Origin: Armatimonadota bacterium
GTDB taxonomy: Bacteria > Armatimonadota > SYMT01
Assembly (NCBI GenBank): GCA_046292385.1
Contig: JBKBRF010000003.1
Coordinates: forward strand, 178,231-242,230
DNA length: 64,000 bases
Direction: 5' to 3'
The notes under the pieces are model-generated. The model was not told the origin of the DNA and did not search any database. It saw nothing but the letters and a program-made list of their open reading frames with translations. This document shows positions 40,073 to 50,040 of this stretch, in pieces (the first letter of the stretch is position 1; every line of letters starts with the position of its first letter). The position numbers and the translations under genes are program-made.

Positions 40073-40657
40073 ATGCCGGTCAGATACTGGAAGCTCGCGG
40101 TGGCGTCGGCGCTGCTGCTCGGCGCGGCGCCGGGGCTGGGTGCGTGGGCGCAGGCGGTGCCCGCGGCGGCCCAGCAGGATGAGAAGCAGGACGACAAGCA
40201 GAGCGAGGCGGAGAAGAACCTGCTCCCGCTGGGGCAGGTGGCGCCGGACTTCACCCTGCCGCTGGTCGGCGGGGGAGAGGTGACCCTGGCCGACCTCCTC
40301 AAGTTCGGCAAGGCGACCCTCGTCGGCTTCTGGGGCATCGACGCGGAGGCGGGCGGCGAGGCGATCCTCAAGGCGCAAAAGGTCCACGAGGAGCTCTCCC
40401 AGAAGGGCCTGTCCACCATCACCGTCAACCCCCGCGACCGCGCCCGCGACATCGAGAAGTTCATCAAGTCGTCGAACCTGCACATCCAGGTGGCGATCGA
40501 CGGCAAAGAGACGAACAGCGCGGTCACCAGCGTCTTTAAGGCGCGCACGCTGCCCACGTTCTACCTGCTCGACCCCAGCGGCAAGGTGCTCTGGCGGAGC
40601 ATCGGCTTCAAAGAGCCGGGCCTCCGCGCCGCCCTGGAGAAGGCCGGCGTCAAGTAG
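40073..40657 (+). CDS. TlpA/redoxin-fold exported protein lacking CxxC
   Basis: APDFTL, LVGFW, LPTFYLLD.SGKV; AEAG at the CxxC position. Confidence 0.82.
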   Translation: MPVRYWKLAVASALLLGAAPGLGAWAQAVPAAAQQDEKQDDKQSEAEKNLLPLGQVAPDFTLPLVGGGEVTLADLLKFGKATLVGFWGIDAEAGGEAILKAQKVHEELSQKGLSTITVNPRDRARDIEKFIKSSNLHIQVAIDGKETNSAVTSVFKARTLPTFYLLDPSGKVLWRSIGFKEPGLRAALEKAGVK

Positions 40658-40725
40658 AGGTGAAGCGGGCCGGGAAGGGTGTATCCTTCCCGGCTCTTCC
40701 GAGCGCGCAGTGGGGAGGGGCATCG

Positions 40726-41901
40726 ATGCGGATCTCACGCCGGTTCCTTCTGGCGGCGACGGCCGGCGCGTCACTCCCCGGGAGGGCGGAAGAGCGGCCG
40801 GACCGGTGGCGGGAGACGCTCGCCTTCCTGCAGGCGGAACGCGCGGCGGGAACGCTTCCGGGGGCCGCGCTGGTGGTGCGTCAGGACGGCCGGCCGGCGC
40901 TCGAGCGGTACGAGGGGACCTACTGCGGCCTCCGCCGCCGCGACGAGCCGCTGGACGGCAAGGTCCGCCACCCGCTCTATTCCTACTCCAAGCTGATCTC
41001 CGCCACGGTGGTGATGCTGGCGGTGCAGGACGGCCTGGTCGCCCTGGATACCCCGGTGAGCGCCTACCTCCCGCAGTTCACCGGCGGCGGGAAGGAGCGG
41101 ATCACGCTCCGCCACCTGTTGACCCATGCGGCCGGCATTCCCAACGTCACGATCGGCTCAGTCTCGACCGAAGCGGGCTGGGAAGCGGCGGTCGCGGCGC
41201 TTTGCGCGGCGAAGACCGAGTGGGAGCCGGGGTCGCGGACCGCCTACCATGGCCTGACGGGGCTGCTGGTGGCGGCAGAAGCGGTGCGGCGCAGGACGGG
41301 AGGGAAGCGCTGGGAAGCGCTCTGCCGGGAGCGTCTCTTCCGGCCGCTGGGGGCGAATTCGCTCACCTTCGAGATCCCGGAGAACGAGCCGGTCGCGCTC
41401 ACGCCCCAGCCCGCGGAGCTCCCGAAGACGCCGGCGGAGGCGTTTCCGCACGCGGGACAACCGGCGGGCGGCTGCTTCGGCACCGCTGCGGACGCCCTGA
41501 AGGTGCTCCAGCTTCACCTGGACGCAGGTCGCTGGCACGGCACGCGGCTGCTCTCCGAGCCGCTGGCGCGGGAGATGCGCCGGGTGCAGTATGCGCGGGA
41601 GATCGCCGCGGCGCGGGAGGCGGGGAAGGCTCCCGACCACGAGCCGTGGGGGCTCGGGCTCCTGCTGCGGGGGACCGGACCCGCCGCGGGTGGGCACGGC
41701 TGGTTCGGCCTCCGGGACCAGGGCTCCCCCAGCGTCTTCGGACACGCCGGCATCGATACGGTGATCGGGGTGGCGGACCCGGACCGGCGCAGCGCGCTCC
41801 TCTTTATCTCCACCGCCTCGCCCCCGTCGGCGGAGAAGACGGTCGCGCTCCGGAACGGCGTGGTAAACCGCGTCTTCTCCGCCGTCGATCAGCGCCGCTG
41901 A
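40726..41901 (+). CDS. serine hydrolase (beta-lactamase family), Tat
   Basis: SRRFLL, SYSK, LLTHAAG, WEPG..AYH, FGHAG. Confidence 0.9.
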   Translation: MRISRRFLLAATAGASLPGRAEERPDRWRETLAFLQAERAAGTLPGAALVVRQDGRPALERYEGTYCGLRRRDEPLDGKVRHPLYSYSKLISATVVMLAVQDGLVALDTPVSAYLPQFTGGGKERITLRHLLTHAAGIPNVTIGSVSTEAGWEAAVAALCAAKTEWEPGSRTAYHGLTGLLVAAEAVRRRTGGKRWEALCRERLFRPLGANSLTFEIPENEPVALTPQPAELPKTPAEAFPHAGQPAGGCFGTAADALKVLQLHLDAGRWHGTRLLSEPLAREMRRVQYAREIAAAREAGKAPDHEPWGLGLLLRGTGPAAGGHGWFGLRDQGSPSVFGHAGIDTVIGVADPDRRSALLFISTASPPSAEKTVALRNGVVNRVFSAVDQRR

Positions 41902-42164
41902 TCCCGCCAGCGCGATCTGAATCCCCGCTCCCGGGCAGGGGCTCGTGCCCTCGCGCCGTCCCCGATGCGCAGGAAGCGAGTCGTCCCGGGCGTGACTGGA
42001 CTTCACCTATTAATATTAGAAAGACTTGATGCGTTCCGGGTCCAGCCGTCGGTGCCGCGACTACACTGGTCCATTGGACCGTCTCCCGCGGCACCGACCC
42101 GCGGCGGGAGTCGTCTCGGGCGAGCTGGATGGGCGCTGTTTTGTAGGAACGAGGAGCCACGGCC

Positions 42165-44141
42165 TTGGGCACCACAGTCCAGGAGAGCGGGCGAGAGCAG
42201 GAAGAGTGGCCGGCGCTGGGCGGGGTCCGGGACCAGGCGGCGCAGATCCTGGAGAGCATTACCGATGCCTTCTTCGCGGTTGACCGCGACTGGCGGTTCA
42301 CGTACGTAAACCGCCAGGCTGAAACACTGCTGGCCCGCTCGCGCGGATACTTGCTCGGGAAGTGCATCTGGGAGGAGTACTCGCCTCTCAAGCAGACCGA
42401 AGTCCACGACTTGTACCAGCAGGCGATGCACGCCCGGACCACCGCCTCGTTCGAGACCTATTACGAGCCCCACCGGCGGTGGTACGAGGTCCGTGTGTTT
42501 CCCGCGGAAGCAGGGATCTCCGTCTACTTCCGCGACGTCACTCCGCGGAAGCGCTCCGAGGCGCTCCTGCGGGGACAGAAGCGCGTGCTGGAAGGGTTAG
42601 TCAAAGGGGTTCCGCTGCCGGACCTCCTGGCGGAGATCTGCCGGGTGATGGAAGCGCAGGGCGAGGGGCTTCACACCTCGGTGCTGCTGCTCGACGCCGA
42701 CGGCAAGCACCTCCGGCACGGGGCGGGCCCGAGTCTTCCGGCTGCCTACAACGGGGCGATCGACGGCATCGCGACCGGTCCCGAGGTCGGCTCCTGCGGT
42801 ACCGCGGCCTTCACCGGGAAGACGGTAGTTGTCTCCGACATCGCCACCGATCCGCTCTGGGCGAGCTTCCGGGAGCTGGCGCTCGGCTTCGGCCTGCGGG
42901 CGTGCTGGTCTACGCCGATCCTCTCCGAGAAGCAAGAGGTGCTCGGCACCTTTGCGATCTACCACCAGGAGCCCCACGAGCCGGGCCAAGATGAGCGAGC
43001 CGTGGCCGAGGTGCTGGCCCGCACCACCGCGGTCGCCATCGAGTGGCACCGGGCGGGCAGCCGCCTCGCGCGGGCCACGGAAGCGGCCGCCCGCCACGAG
43101 CGGCTACTCAACGCCATCGTCTCCTCCACGCCGGACCTGGTGTATGTCTTCGGCCGGGACCACCGGTTCCAGTACGCCAACCAGGCGCTGCTCGACATGT
43201 GGGGCCGTACGTGGGACGAGGCGATTGGAAAGAACTGCCTGGAGCTCGGCTACGAGCCGTGGCACGCCGAGATGCACGACTGGGAGATCGAGGAAGTGAT
43301 CGCGACGCGGCAGCCGGTCCGCGGCGAGGTACCGTTCCACGGCACGCAGGGGCGGCGCATCTACGACTACATCCTGGTTCCGGTTTTGGACCAGCACGGC
43401 GACGTGGAGATGGTGGCGGGGACCACCCGCGACGTCACCGAGCGCAAGGAGTACGAGGAAGCCGAGCGCAGCGCGCGGGAAGCCGCGGAGCGGGAGCGCA
43501 CCGCGGCGCTCGGGCTGGCGGATGAGCTGCGGCTGGAGCGGGAAAAGCTGGAGCGCGCGAATCAGGACCTCTACGCCCGTACCCAGGAGCTCCGGGTCCA
43601 ACAGGAGCGGCTGCAGAGCCTCACCCGCTACCTGCGCTCCGCCACCCGGTGTGCCGCGCAGATCGCGAGCCTGGATGCTCCGGAGGCGATCTGCCAGACC
43701 GTGGTAGATACCCTGGTCGGCCAGTTCGCGGCGGTGGCCGCAGGGATCTGGCTCTGCTCCCCCCGGCCCGGCTGGCTCCATCTGTCGGCGGCGGCGGGAT
43801 TCCCGGATGCACCGGTGTATGGTCTGGAGCCGCAGGTCGAGGTCGTCCTGAGCGCCTCCAAGCTCGGCTGGGTCGCCCGCGCGCGGCGTCCCTTCATCAC
43901 CAACGAGCTCAGCGGCGAGCTTCAGCTCGATCAGGAGTGGCTTCGCCGGGAGCGGCTGACTGCCGGCGCCTTCGTCCCGATCCTCGGTCCGGACCGCCTG
44001 CACGGGGTGCTGACGGTTTTCGCCTCGGAGCCGCTGCCCCTGGAAGTAGGCGAGGTGCTCACTACCATCGCGGCCTCGATCTCCACGCGCCTCGACTACC
44101 TGGCGCTGGCAAACGAGGTGAAGCCGAATGGCGGTGAGTAA
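42165..44141 (+). CDS. PAS/GAF sensor protein without output domain
   Basis: PAS-GAF(GSCGTAA)-PAS-coiled coil-GAF; start uncertain. Confidence 0.82.
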   Translation: MGTTVQESGREQEEWPALGGVRDQAAQILESITDAFFAVDRDWRFTYVNRQAETLLARSRGYLLGKCIWEEYSPLKQTEVHDLYQQAMHARTTASFETYYEPHRRWYEVRVFPAEAGISVYFRDVTPRKRSEALLRGQKRVLEGLVKGVPLPDLLAEICRVMEAQGEGLHTSVLLLDADGKHLRHGAGPSLPAAYNGAIDGIATGPEVGSCGTAAFTGKTVVVSDIATDPLWASFRELALGFGLRACWSTPILSEKQEVLGTFAIYHQEPHEPGQDERAVAEVLARTTAVAIEWHRAGSRLARATEAAARHERLLNAIVSSTPDLVYVFGRDHRFQYANQALLDMWGRTWDEAIGKNCLELGYEPWHAEMHDWEIEEVIATRQPVRGEVPFHGTQGRRIYDYILVPVLDQHGDVEMVAGTTRDVTERKEYEEAERSAREAAERERTAALGLADELRLEREKLERANQDLYARTQELRVQQERLQSLTRYLRSATRCAAQIASLDAPEAICQTVVDTLVGQFAAVAAGIWLCSPRPGWLHLSAAAGFPDAPVYGLEPQVEVVLSASKLGWVARARRPFITNELSGELQLDQEWLRRERLTAGAFVPILGPDRLHGVLTVFASEPLPLEVGEVLTTIAASISTRLDYLALANEVKPNGGE

Positions 44142-44313
44142 TTCCCGCCGAGGTGAGCGCTCCCGTCACCGTTTCTTACTGGATCGTCTCCGGGCCGCGT
44201 GCCGCGCGCTCGAAACATTAAAAGGGGCTGCCTGATTGCTCGTCGCAGCAGACCCGCTGTTTTAGAATGTTCGCATCCTGTCATCCGTGAATCGAGCCGT
44301 TCCGCATCAGGGA

Positions 44314-46914
44314 ATGTCTAAGAACTTGCCCCCCAATCCACTCCCGGCGCCCGAATTGCTGGCAGCGATCATCGAGTCCTCCGATGACGGCATCATCAGC
44401 AAAGATCTGGACGGCATCATCACCTCCTGGAATCACGGAGCGGAGCGCATCTACGGTTACACTCCGGAGGAGATGATCGGCCAGCCGATTCTCAAGCTGA
44501 TCCCGCCGGAGCGGTACGACGAGGAGCCGGAGATCCTGCGGCGCATCGGCCAGGGCCAGCGGGTAGATCACTTCGAGACGGTGCGGGTGCGCAAAGACGG
44601 TACCCGCATCGACGTCTCGGTCACCATCTCTCCCGTGCGCGACGCCACCGGAACGATCGTCGGCGCCTCCAAGATCGCGCGCGACATCACGGAGCAGCGC
44701 CGGCTGCAGTCGCAGCTCCAGGAGCACCAGGAAGAGCTGGAGGCGCTCAACGAGGAGCTGATCACCACCAATGAAGAGCTGATCGCCGCCAACCGGGAGC
44801 TGGCGCACCAGGGAGACCAGCTTCGGGAGGCAAATGTCGCGCTTCAGGAAGAGACGCAAACCGTCGAGACGATCAACCGGGTGGGGCAGTCGCTCTCGGC
44901 GGAGCTGGACCTCCAGAAGCTGGTGCAGCTCGCCACCGACGCGGGGACGCAGCTCACCGGGGCGCAGTTCGGAGCGTTCTTCTACAACGTGGTGAATGAG
45001 AGCGGCGAGTCGTATACGCTCTACACCATCTCAGGCGTCCCGCGGGAAGCGTTCTCGCGCTTCCCGATGCCGCGCAATACGAAGATCTTCTCGCCGACCT
45101 TCAGCGGCGAGGGGGTGGTCCGGCTGGATGACGTGACCCAGGATCCTCGCTACGGGCAGAACCCGCCGTACCACGGAATGCCGGAGGGTCATCTGCCGGT
45201 GCGCAGCTACCTGGCGGTGCCGGTCGTCTCGCGCTCCGGCGAGGTCCTCGGCGGCCTGTTCTTCGGTCACGAGAAGCCGGGGGTGTTTACGGCGCGGGCG
45301 GAGCAGGTGGTCGTCGGGATCGCCGCGCAGGCGGCGGTGGCGATCGACAACGCCCGGCTCTACCAGGAAGCCCAGCGGGAGCTCCAGCAGCGGCAGGAAG
45401 CGGAGGAGGCGCTGCGCCGGAGCGAGGAGCGCCTCCGCGCCATCGTGCAGAACTCTCCGTCGGTCATTTTCCTGAAAGACCTTCAGGGTCGTTACCTCCT
45501 GATGAACCACCACGGCCACACGCTCCTGGCAGACCAGCCGCTGGAGAGTGTCCTCGGGCGAACGGATGAGGAGCTGTTCCCGGGAGAGATCGCCGAGCGG
45601 GTGCGGGAGCACGATGCCCGGGTGCTGGAGGCGGGGGAGGCGCTCCGGTTCGAGGAGACGAGTGAGGACGGGCGTCACTACATCACCCAAAAGTTCGTGC
45701 TGCGGGATCCGGAAGGGCGGCCCTCCGCGCTGGGCGGAATCTCTACCGACATCACCACGCTGCAGCAGCTTCAGGCGGAGCTGCAGCAGCGGGCCGCGGA
45801 GCTGGCCCACGCGGACCGTCAGAAGGACGAGTTCCTGGCGATGCTGGCGCACGAGCTGCGAAACCCGCTGGCGCCGATCCTGAACGCGGTGCAGGTGCTG
45901 CGGGCCCGGGGCGGCCCGGATCCGCTGGTGCAGCGGCAGGGTGCGGTGATCGACCGCCAGGCGCGGCACATGTCACGGCTCCTGGACGACCTGCTCGACG
46001 TCTCTCGCATCACCCAGGGCAAGATCGAGCTGCGCAAGCAGCCGGCCAGCCTATCGGCGGCGGTCGAGCACGCGCTGGAGATCGCGCAGCCCTCCATCCA
46101 GGCGCGGCGGCACGAGTTGAACGTCTCGCTTCCGGAAGACCCGCTCTTCGTGAGCGCGGACCCGACCCGCCTCCACCAGGTGATCGGCAACCTGCTCCAC
46201 AACGCCGCCAAGTACACCCCTGCCGGCGGCCGGATCGAGGTGACGGTGACGCCGCGGGACGGCGAGGCGGAGCTGACGGTCCGCGACAATGGCGTGGGGA
46301 TCTCGCCAGAGTTTCTCCCACGTCTCTTCGACTTGTTCAGCCAGGCAGACCGCTCCCTCGCCCGCACGGAAAGTGGGCTGGGGATCGGGCTGACGATGGT
46401 GAAGCGCCTGATAGAGCTGCACGGCGGGACGGTCGCCGCCCGCAGTGACGGCCCCGGCCACGGCAGTGAGTTCCGGATCCGCCTGCCGCTCCTGACGCGC
46501 AGCGCCGAGCCGGACTCGCACAATACGGCTCCCCACCCCGCGGAAGCCGGGGCCCCCGGGCGCCGGATCCTGATCGTGGACGACAACGAGGATGCCGCGG
46601 AGACGCTGGCCGACCTGGCGACGCTCTGGGGCTACGGGGTGCGCACCGCCCACTCCGGCGCGGCAGCGATCCGCCTGGCCGGCGAGTACCACCCGGAGGT
46701 GGTGCTGCTGGATATCAGCATGCCGGGCATGAGCGGCTACGAGGTGGCGGAGCGGCTGCGGCAGGAGCCCGAGCTGCAGACCAGCCTGCTGATCGCGCTG
46801 ACCGGCTACGGACAGCCGGAGGACCGCCGCCGCACCCGCGAGGCAGGCTTCCACCACCACCTGACAAAACCGGTCGACCCCGACCTCCTCCGGCGCATCC
46901 TGGAAACAACCTGA
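44314..46914 (+). CDS. hybrid sensor histidine kinase (PAS-GAF-PAS-HisKA-HATPase-REC)
   Basis: [40 protein letters not shown]. Confidence 0.95.
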   Translation: MSKNLPPNPLPAPELLAAIIESSDDGIISKDLDGIITSWNHGAERIYGYTPEEMIGQPILKLIPPERYDEEPEILRRIGQGQRVDHFETVRVRKDGTRIDVSVTISPVRDATGTIVGASKIARDITEQRRLQSQLQEHQEELEALNEELITTNEELIAANRELAHQGDQLREANVALQEETQTVETINRVGQSLSAELDLQKLVQLATDAGTQLTGAQFGAFFYNVVNESGESYTLYTISGVPREAFSRFPMPRNTKIFSPTFSGEGVVRLDDVTQDPRYGQNPPYHGMPEGHLPVRSYLAVPVVSRSGEVLGGLFFGHEKPGVFTARAEQVVVGIAAQAAVAIDNARLYQEAQRELQQRQEAEEALRRSEERLRAIVQNSPSVIFLKDLQGRYLLMNHHGHTLLADQPLESVLGRTDEELFPGEIAERVREHDARVLEAGEALRFEETSEDGRHYITQKFVLRDPEGRPSALGGISTDITTLQQLQAELQQRAAELAHADRQKDEFLAMLAHELRNPLAPILNAVQVLRARGGPDPLVQRQGAVIDRQARHMSRLLDDLLDVSRITQGKIELRKQPASLSAAVEHALEIAQPSIQARRHELNVSLPEDPLFVSADPTRLHQVIGNLLHNAAKYTPAGGRIEVTVTPRDGEAELTVRDNGVGISPEFLPRLFDLFSQADRSLARTESGLGIGLTMVKRLIELHGGTVAARSDGPGHGSEFRIRLPLLTRSAEPDSHNTAPHPAEAGAPGRRILIVDDNEDAAETLADLATLWGYGVRTAHSGAAAIRLAGEYHPEVVLLDISMPGMSGYEVAERLRQEPELQTSLLIALTGYGQPEDRRRTREAGFHHHLTKPVDPDLLRRILETT

Positions 46915-46925
46915 AGGTTGGAGTC

Positions 46926-47094
46926 GTGTAAGAAAAGGAGATGAGGGGATGAATTGGAGATAAGGGGATGAAAACTTCTTGCTCTCGCCTGACGAGAGGC
47001 CCCTGCGACCACGCGCCCCTGACGGCCTCGTGGTCAATCACAGCGCTGTAGATCCGGCCTGATCAGAATCATCCCCTCATCTCCCTTCTTACAC
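46926..47094. repeat. inverted repeat element (GAGATGAGGGGATGA arms)
   Basis: GTGTAAGAAAAGGAGATGAGGGGATGA / TCATCCCCTCATCTCCCTTCTTACAC. Confidence 0.8.
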
Positions 47095-47174
47095 AGCGCG
47101 GCTGATGCCGCAACCAAACTCAAGGCGGCGGGAGATTGCTTGGTTGGACGAGAGCGACAGCGCGCCGAGGATCC

Positions 47175-47744
47175 ACCCCGCGCCCTCCCCACCCGGAGCG
47201 GCCCTCCCGCGTGGGTGGCCCTCCCGCAGTCCTTTCACGCCCTCCGGGCTAGCGGACTGCTCCGGGCGTGTCCATCGGTTGGCTGTGCTCCGCGTTCGCG
47301 GCCTGCGGTAGTTGCGATGCGGCGACTCACGGACCGCTCCAGGCGGCTCAAGCGATCCCGAAGGCTTTCGGGATCACAAGGGAACCCCTCCAGCCCTGCC
47401 TCCGGCAGCGCTTCCGGGCTTCGCAGATCCCCACGCCCCGGGGGCGCGAAGCCGGTCGTGCTACACCGGCTTGAGGCAATCCGTCGGCTGCCGACCGTGG
47501 CCAGACCGCAGGCGCCCGCCGGGTGCCAGTTGTGGCCACCCCTGGGCGGCAGGGGTGGTAGCTCGAAGGGGCGGGAGGCAGCCCGTGAGCTCCCCTGTCG
47601 GTGCGGGTTACGCTTCCTGGCGCGGGAAGAGCTTTTCGACGGAAGCTCCCGCAGCGGCCTGCTAACGGAGCGCAGCGGAGTGTAAAAAGGCCGCGGAGGG
47701 CCTTCGTCGCGGGAGGGCTGCCTCCCGGCACAAGGGCGCGGGGT
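47175..47744. mobile_element. possible non-autonomous MITE-like element with nested inverted repeats
   Basis: ACCCCGCGCCCT/AGGGCGCGGGGT, CGGCCCTCCCGCG/CGCGGGAGGGCTG and a weaker inner pair; no credible ORF. Confidence 0.45.
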
Positions 47745-47893
47745 CGGGTCGCGGGATCGATGCTGCATCTCGAAGCGAAGCTAAAGCTCCACACAACTGG
47801 CGCCCTCCGGCTCCGCGAGGCCCGGGCGCGCGATGATCGCCAGCAGAATCCGCGCATCCCGGCAAGATTCTCGCGGCGAGTAGTACAGATGCT

Positions 47894-49912
47894 TCAGAAG
47901 AGAGCTTCCCGTGAGCGAGCCAGTTCGAGCAGGCGGTCGAAGTCTTCTTCCAGGACGTAGCGGTCCTGGATCAGGGTGCGGGCGGCGGCGGTGTACTGCT
48001 CCAGGTAGTCCGCGAAGGTAGGGTAGCGCTCCCGCAGGGACGGGCGCGGGTCGCCGGCGCGGAGGCGGTCTTCTCTCGTCTTGAGGAACGGGATCGCGGC
48101 GCCGGTAAGGCTAAGTAGCTCCCCGTCGGCGCCGGCGGCGGGGTTCCGCAGGTTCCAGCCGGTGTAGGTGGCGGTGGGGACGGCGACGTTCGGGAGCAGC
48201 AGCATGCCGCGCTCGTTGTTGTCGTCGCCGACCGCCGGCACCAGCACGGTGTAGCTCCCCTTCACCTGCGGCGGGTGCTCCGTGATGATCCGCTTTGCCG
48301 CCCACTCCGGCCCGAAGTCGAGCCACGCCGGCTCCTGGATCACCTCCGGGTAGCGGACTCCGGGCAGCGGCCGCCAGCCGGAGCGGTCCCCCTGCCACGG
48401 CACCAGCGTGCCGTCCGCGATGCGGGGGTAGGCGCTGGGGGGTGGGGTCTTGCCCTCGCGGATCCAGCCGTCGAGCGCGAGCAGCAGCGCGCGGAGGACC
48501 GGGCGGTAGTCGGTGTGGTTCGCCGGCAGCTGGCCGAGCGGATGCGGCTCCGCGGAGGGCAGGCCGCTGCCCGGACCGTGCTGCGCGCCGCCGAGGGAGT
48601 AGATGCGGACTTCCGGAGGGATCACGCTGTCGCGCTTCCCGGCCGGGTCGGTGTGGACCAGCGACCCGCTGCGGTGCCAGTACTCTGCGGAGGTCTGCAC
48701 GTGGAACACCTTCGGCACCACCTTCGCCGCCCGCGCCTTGCGCAGGATGCTGTCGGTCCGGCCGCTGAACGGGTCCTTTTCGTCGCCGTAGGCGAACGGG
48801 AAGAGATCGACCGGGTAGAGGTGATGGTCGTGCTGACCGCTGTGGCGCGTGGGCGAGGCGAAGCGGTGATTGAAGAAGCCCAGCCCGGCGCCCGCGACGT
48901 GCGGCATGAGCCCGTCGAAGACGATCCGGCCCTGCTCGTCCGCGTTGAAGCCGTCGTAGGTGAACTGCCGGAGGGCGCGCCCGCTCTGCGAGATGCCGAA
49001 TCCGATCGCGCGCTTCGCGGCGGGGGTGCCGTCGGACCGCCGCAGCGGATTCTTCGTGCCGCGCTCGTGCTTCAGGAACGAGATCAGGTCCCGCATCCCC
49101 GCGAAGCCGGTCCCCTGCACCAGCGGCCCCTCCGCCTGGTAGATCAGCTCGTAGATGTAGCCGGGCCGGAAGCCGCCGGAGAGGACCAACTCCACCAGGG
49201 GGAGCTTGCCCTTCACGCCGTCGGCCTCCACCGGCTTCTGCTCCAGGTGCCACTGGTCGATCGGGATCGCGACCCGCGGGTCGGACTCTCGCTGCCGCCA
49301 GGTGAGGCGGGCGGCGCGGAGTGTAGGGGGAAAGAACGGGTAGCTGCCGTGTCCCGCCCAGTGGGCGATGCTCAGCCGCTCCGCCGGCCGGTCCGGCACC
49401 AGCTCCGCGCGGACCCACCCGCGGAGCGGCCGTCCGTTGGCGGTCGCCACCGGCGCGTCGAGGCGCAGGCGCCCGCCGCCCGGCAGCAGCTCGCCGATCC
49501 AGCCGCTGGAGACGACGATGTAGCCGTACCGCATCAGGAAGTCGGGCGCGCCCCCGTTGAACGCGCCACCCGCCGTGACTCCGCCGCGGTTGTTCACGTC
49601 GTAGAGCAGCGTGCCGTTCGCCCGGTCCGGGTCGGCCGGCGTCAGGATCTCGACATCGGCGCTGAGCTCCACCTTCCCCGCCGCGTTCCGCGATGCCAGC
49701 TCCAGGTCGACGACGCTCTTGTTCGCCGCGTGCTCCGGATCGAGCTCGAAGTGGGCGCGCCCGGTGAGCCGCTGGTAGGCGCCCACGCGCGGGAGCTCTT
49801 TTCCGCCCGCGTAGGGCTCCCGCCCCGTGATCTCCAGGCGAGTGAGGGAGGCCTCCGCGGCGGAGGGCACCGCCAGGAGGGCGGCGAGGGCGACGAGGTG
49901 ACGGAGCTTCAT
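47894..49912 (-). CDS. exported alpha/beta hydrolase domain protein
   Basis: signal peptide, DVNNRG, GISQSGR nucleophile elbow, SAEYW. Confidence 0.87.
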   Translation of the reverse strand: MKLRHLVALAALLAVPSAAEASLTRLEITGREPYAGGKELPRVGAYQRLTGRAHFELDPEHAANKSVVDLELASRNAAGKVELSADVEILTPADPDRANGTLLYDVNNRGGVTAGGAFNGGAPDFLMRYGYIVVSSGWIGELLPGGGRLRLDAPVATANGRPLRGWVRAELVPDRPAERLSIAHWAGHGSYPFFPPTLRAARLTWRQRESDPRVAIPIDQWHLEQKPVEADGVKGKLPLVELVLSGGFRPGYIYELIYQAEGPLVQGTGFAGMRDLISFLKHERGTKNPLRRSDGTPAAKRAIGFGISQSGRALRQFTYDGFNADEQGRIVFDGLMPHVAGAGLGFFNHRFASPTRHSGQHDHHLYPVDLFPFAYGDEKDPFSGRTDSILRKARAAKVVPKVFHVQTSAEYWHRSGSLVHTDPAGKRDSVIPPEVRIYSLGGAQHGPGSGLPSAEPHPLGQLPANHTDYRPVLRALLLALDGWIREGKTPPPSAYPRIADGTLVPWQGDRSGWRPLPGVRYPEVIQEPAWLDFGPEWAAKRIITEHPPQVKGSYTVLVPAVGDDNNERGMLLLPNVAVPTATYTGWNLRNPAAGADGELLSLTGAAIPFLKTREDRLRAGDPRPSLRERYPTFADYLEQYTAAARTLIQDRYVLEEDFDRLLELARSREALF

Positions 49913-50040
49913 CGGCGTTCTCGATCTCGAAAGGTGAGGTAGGGGGCAGGGCAATTATGCCGCGAATCGGGGGAGCGGAGGGCGCGCGGCGCGCGGCGGT
50001 GAATGGCGAGTCAGAGCCCCTCCCTCCCGCCTCTACTGCC

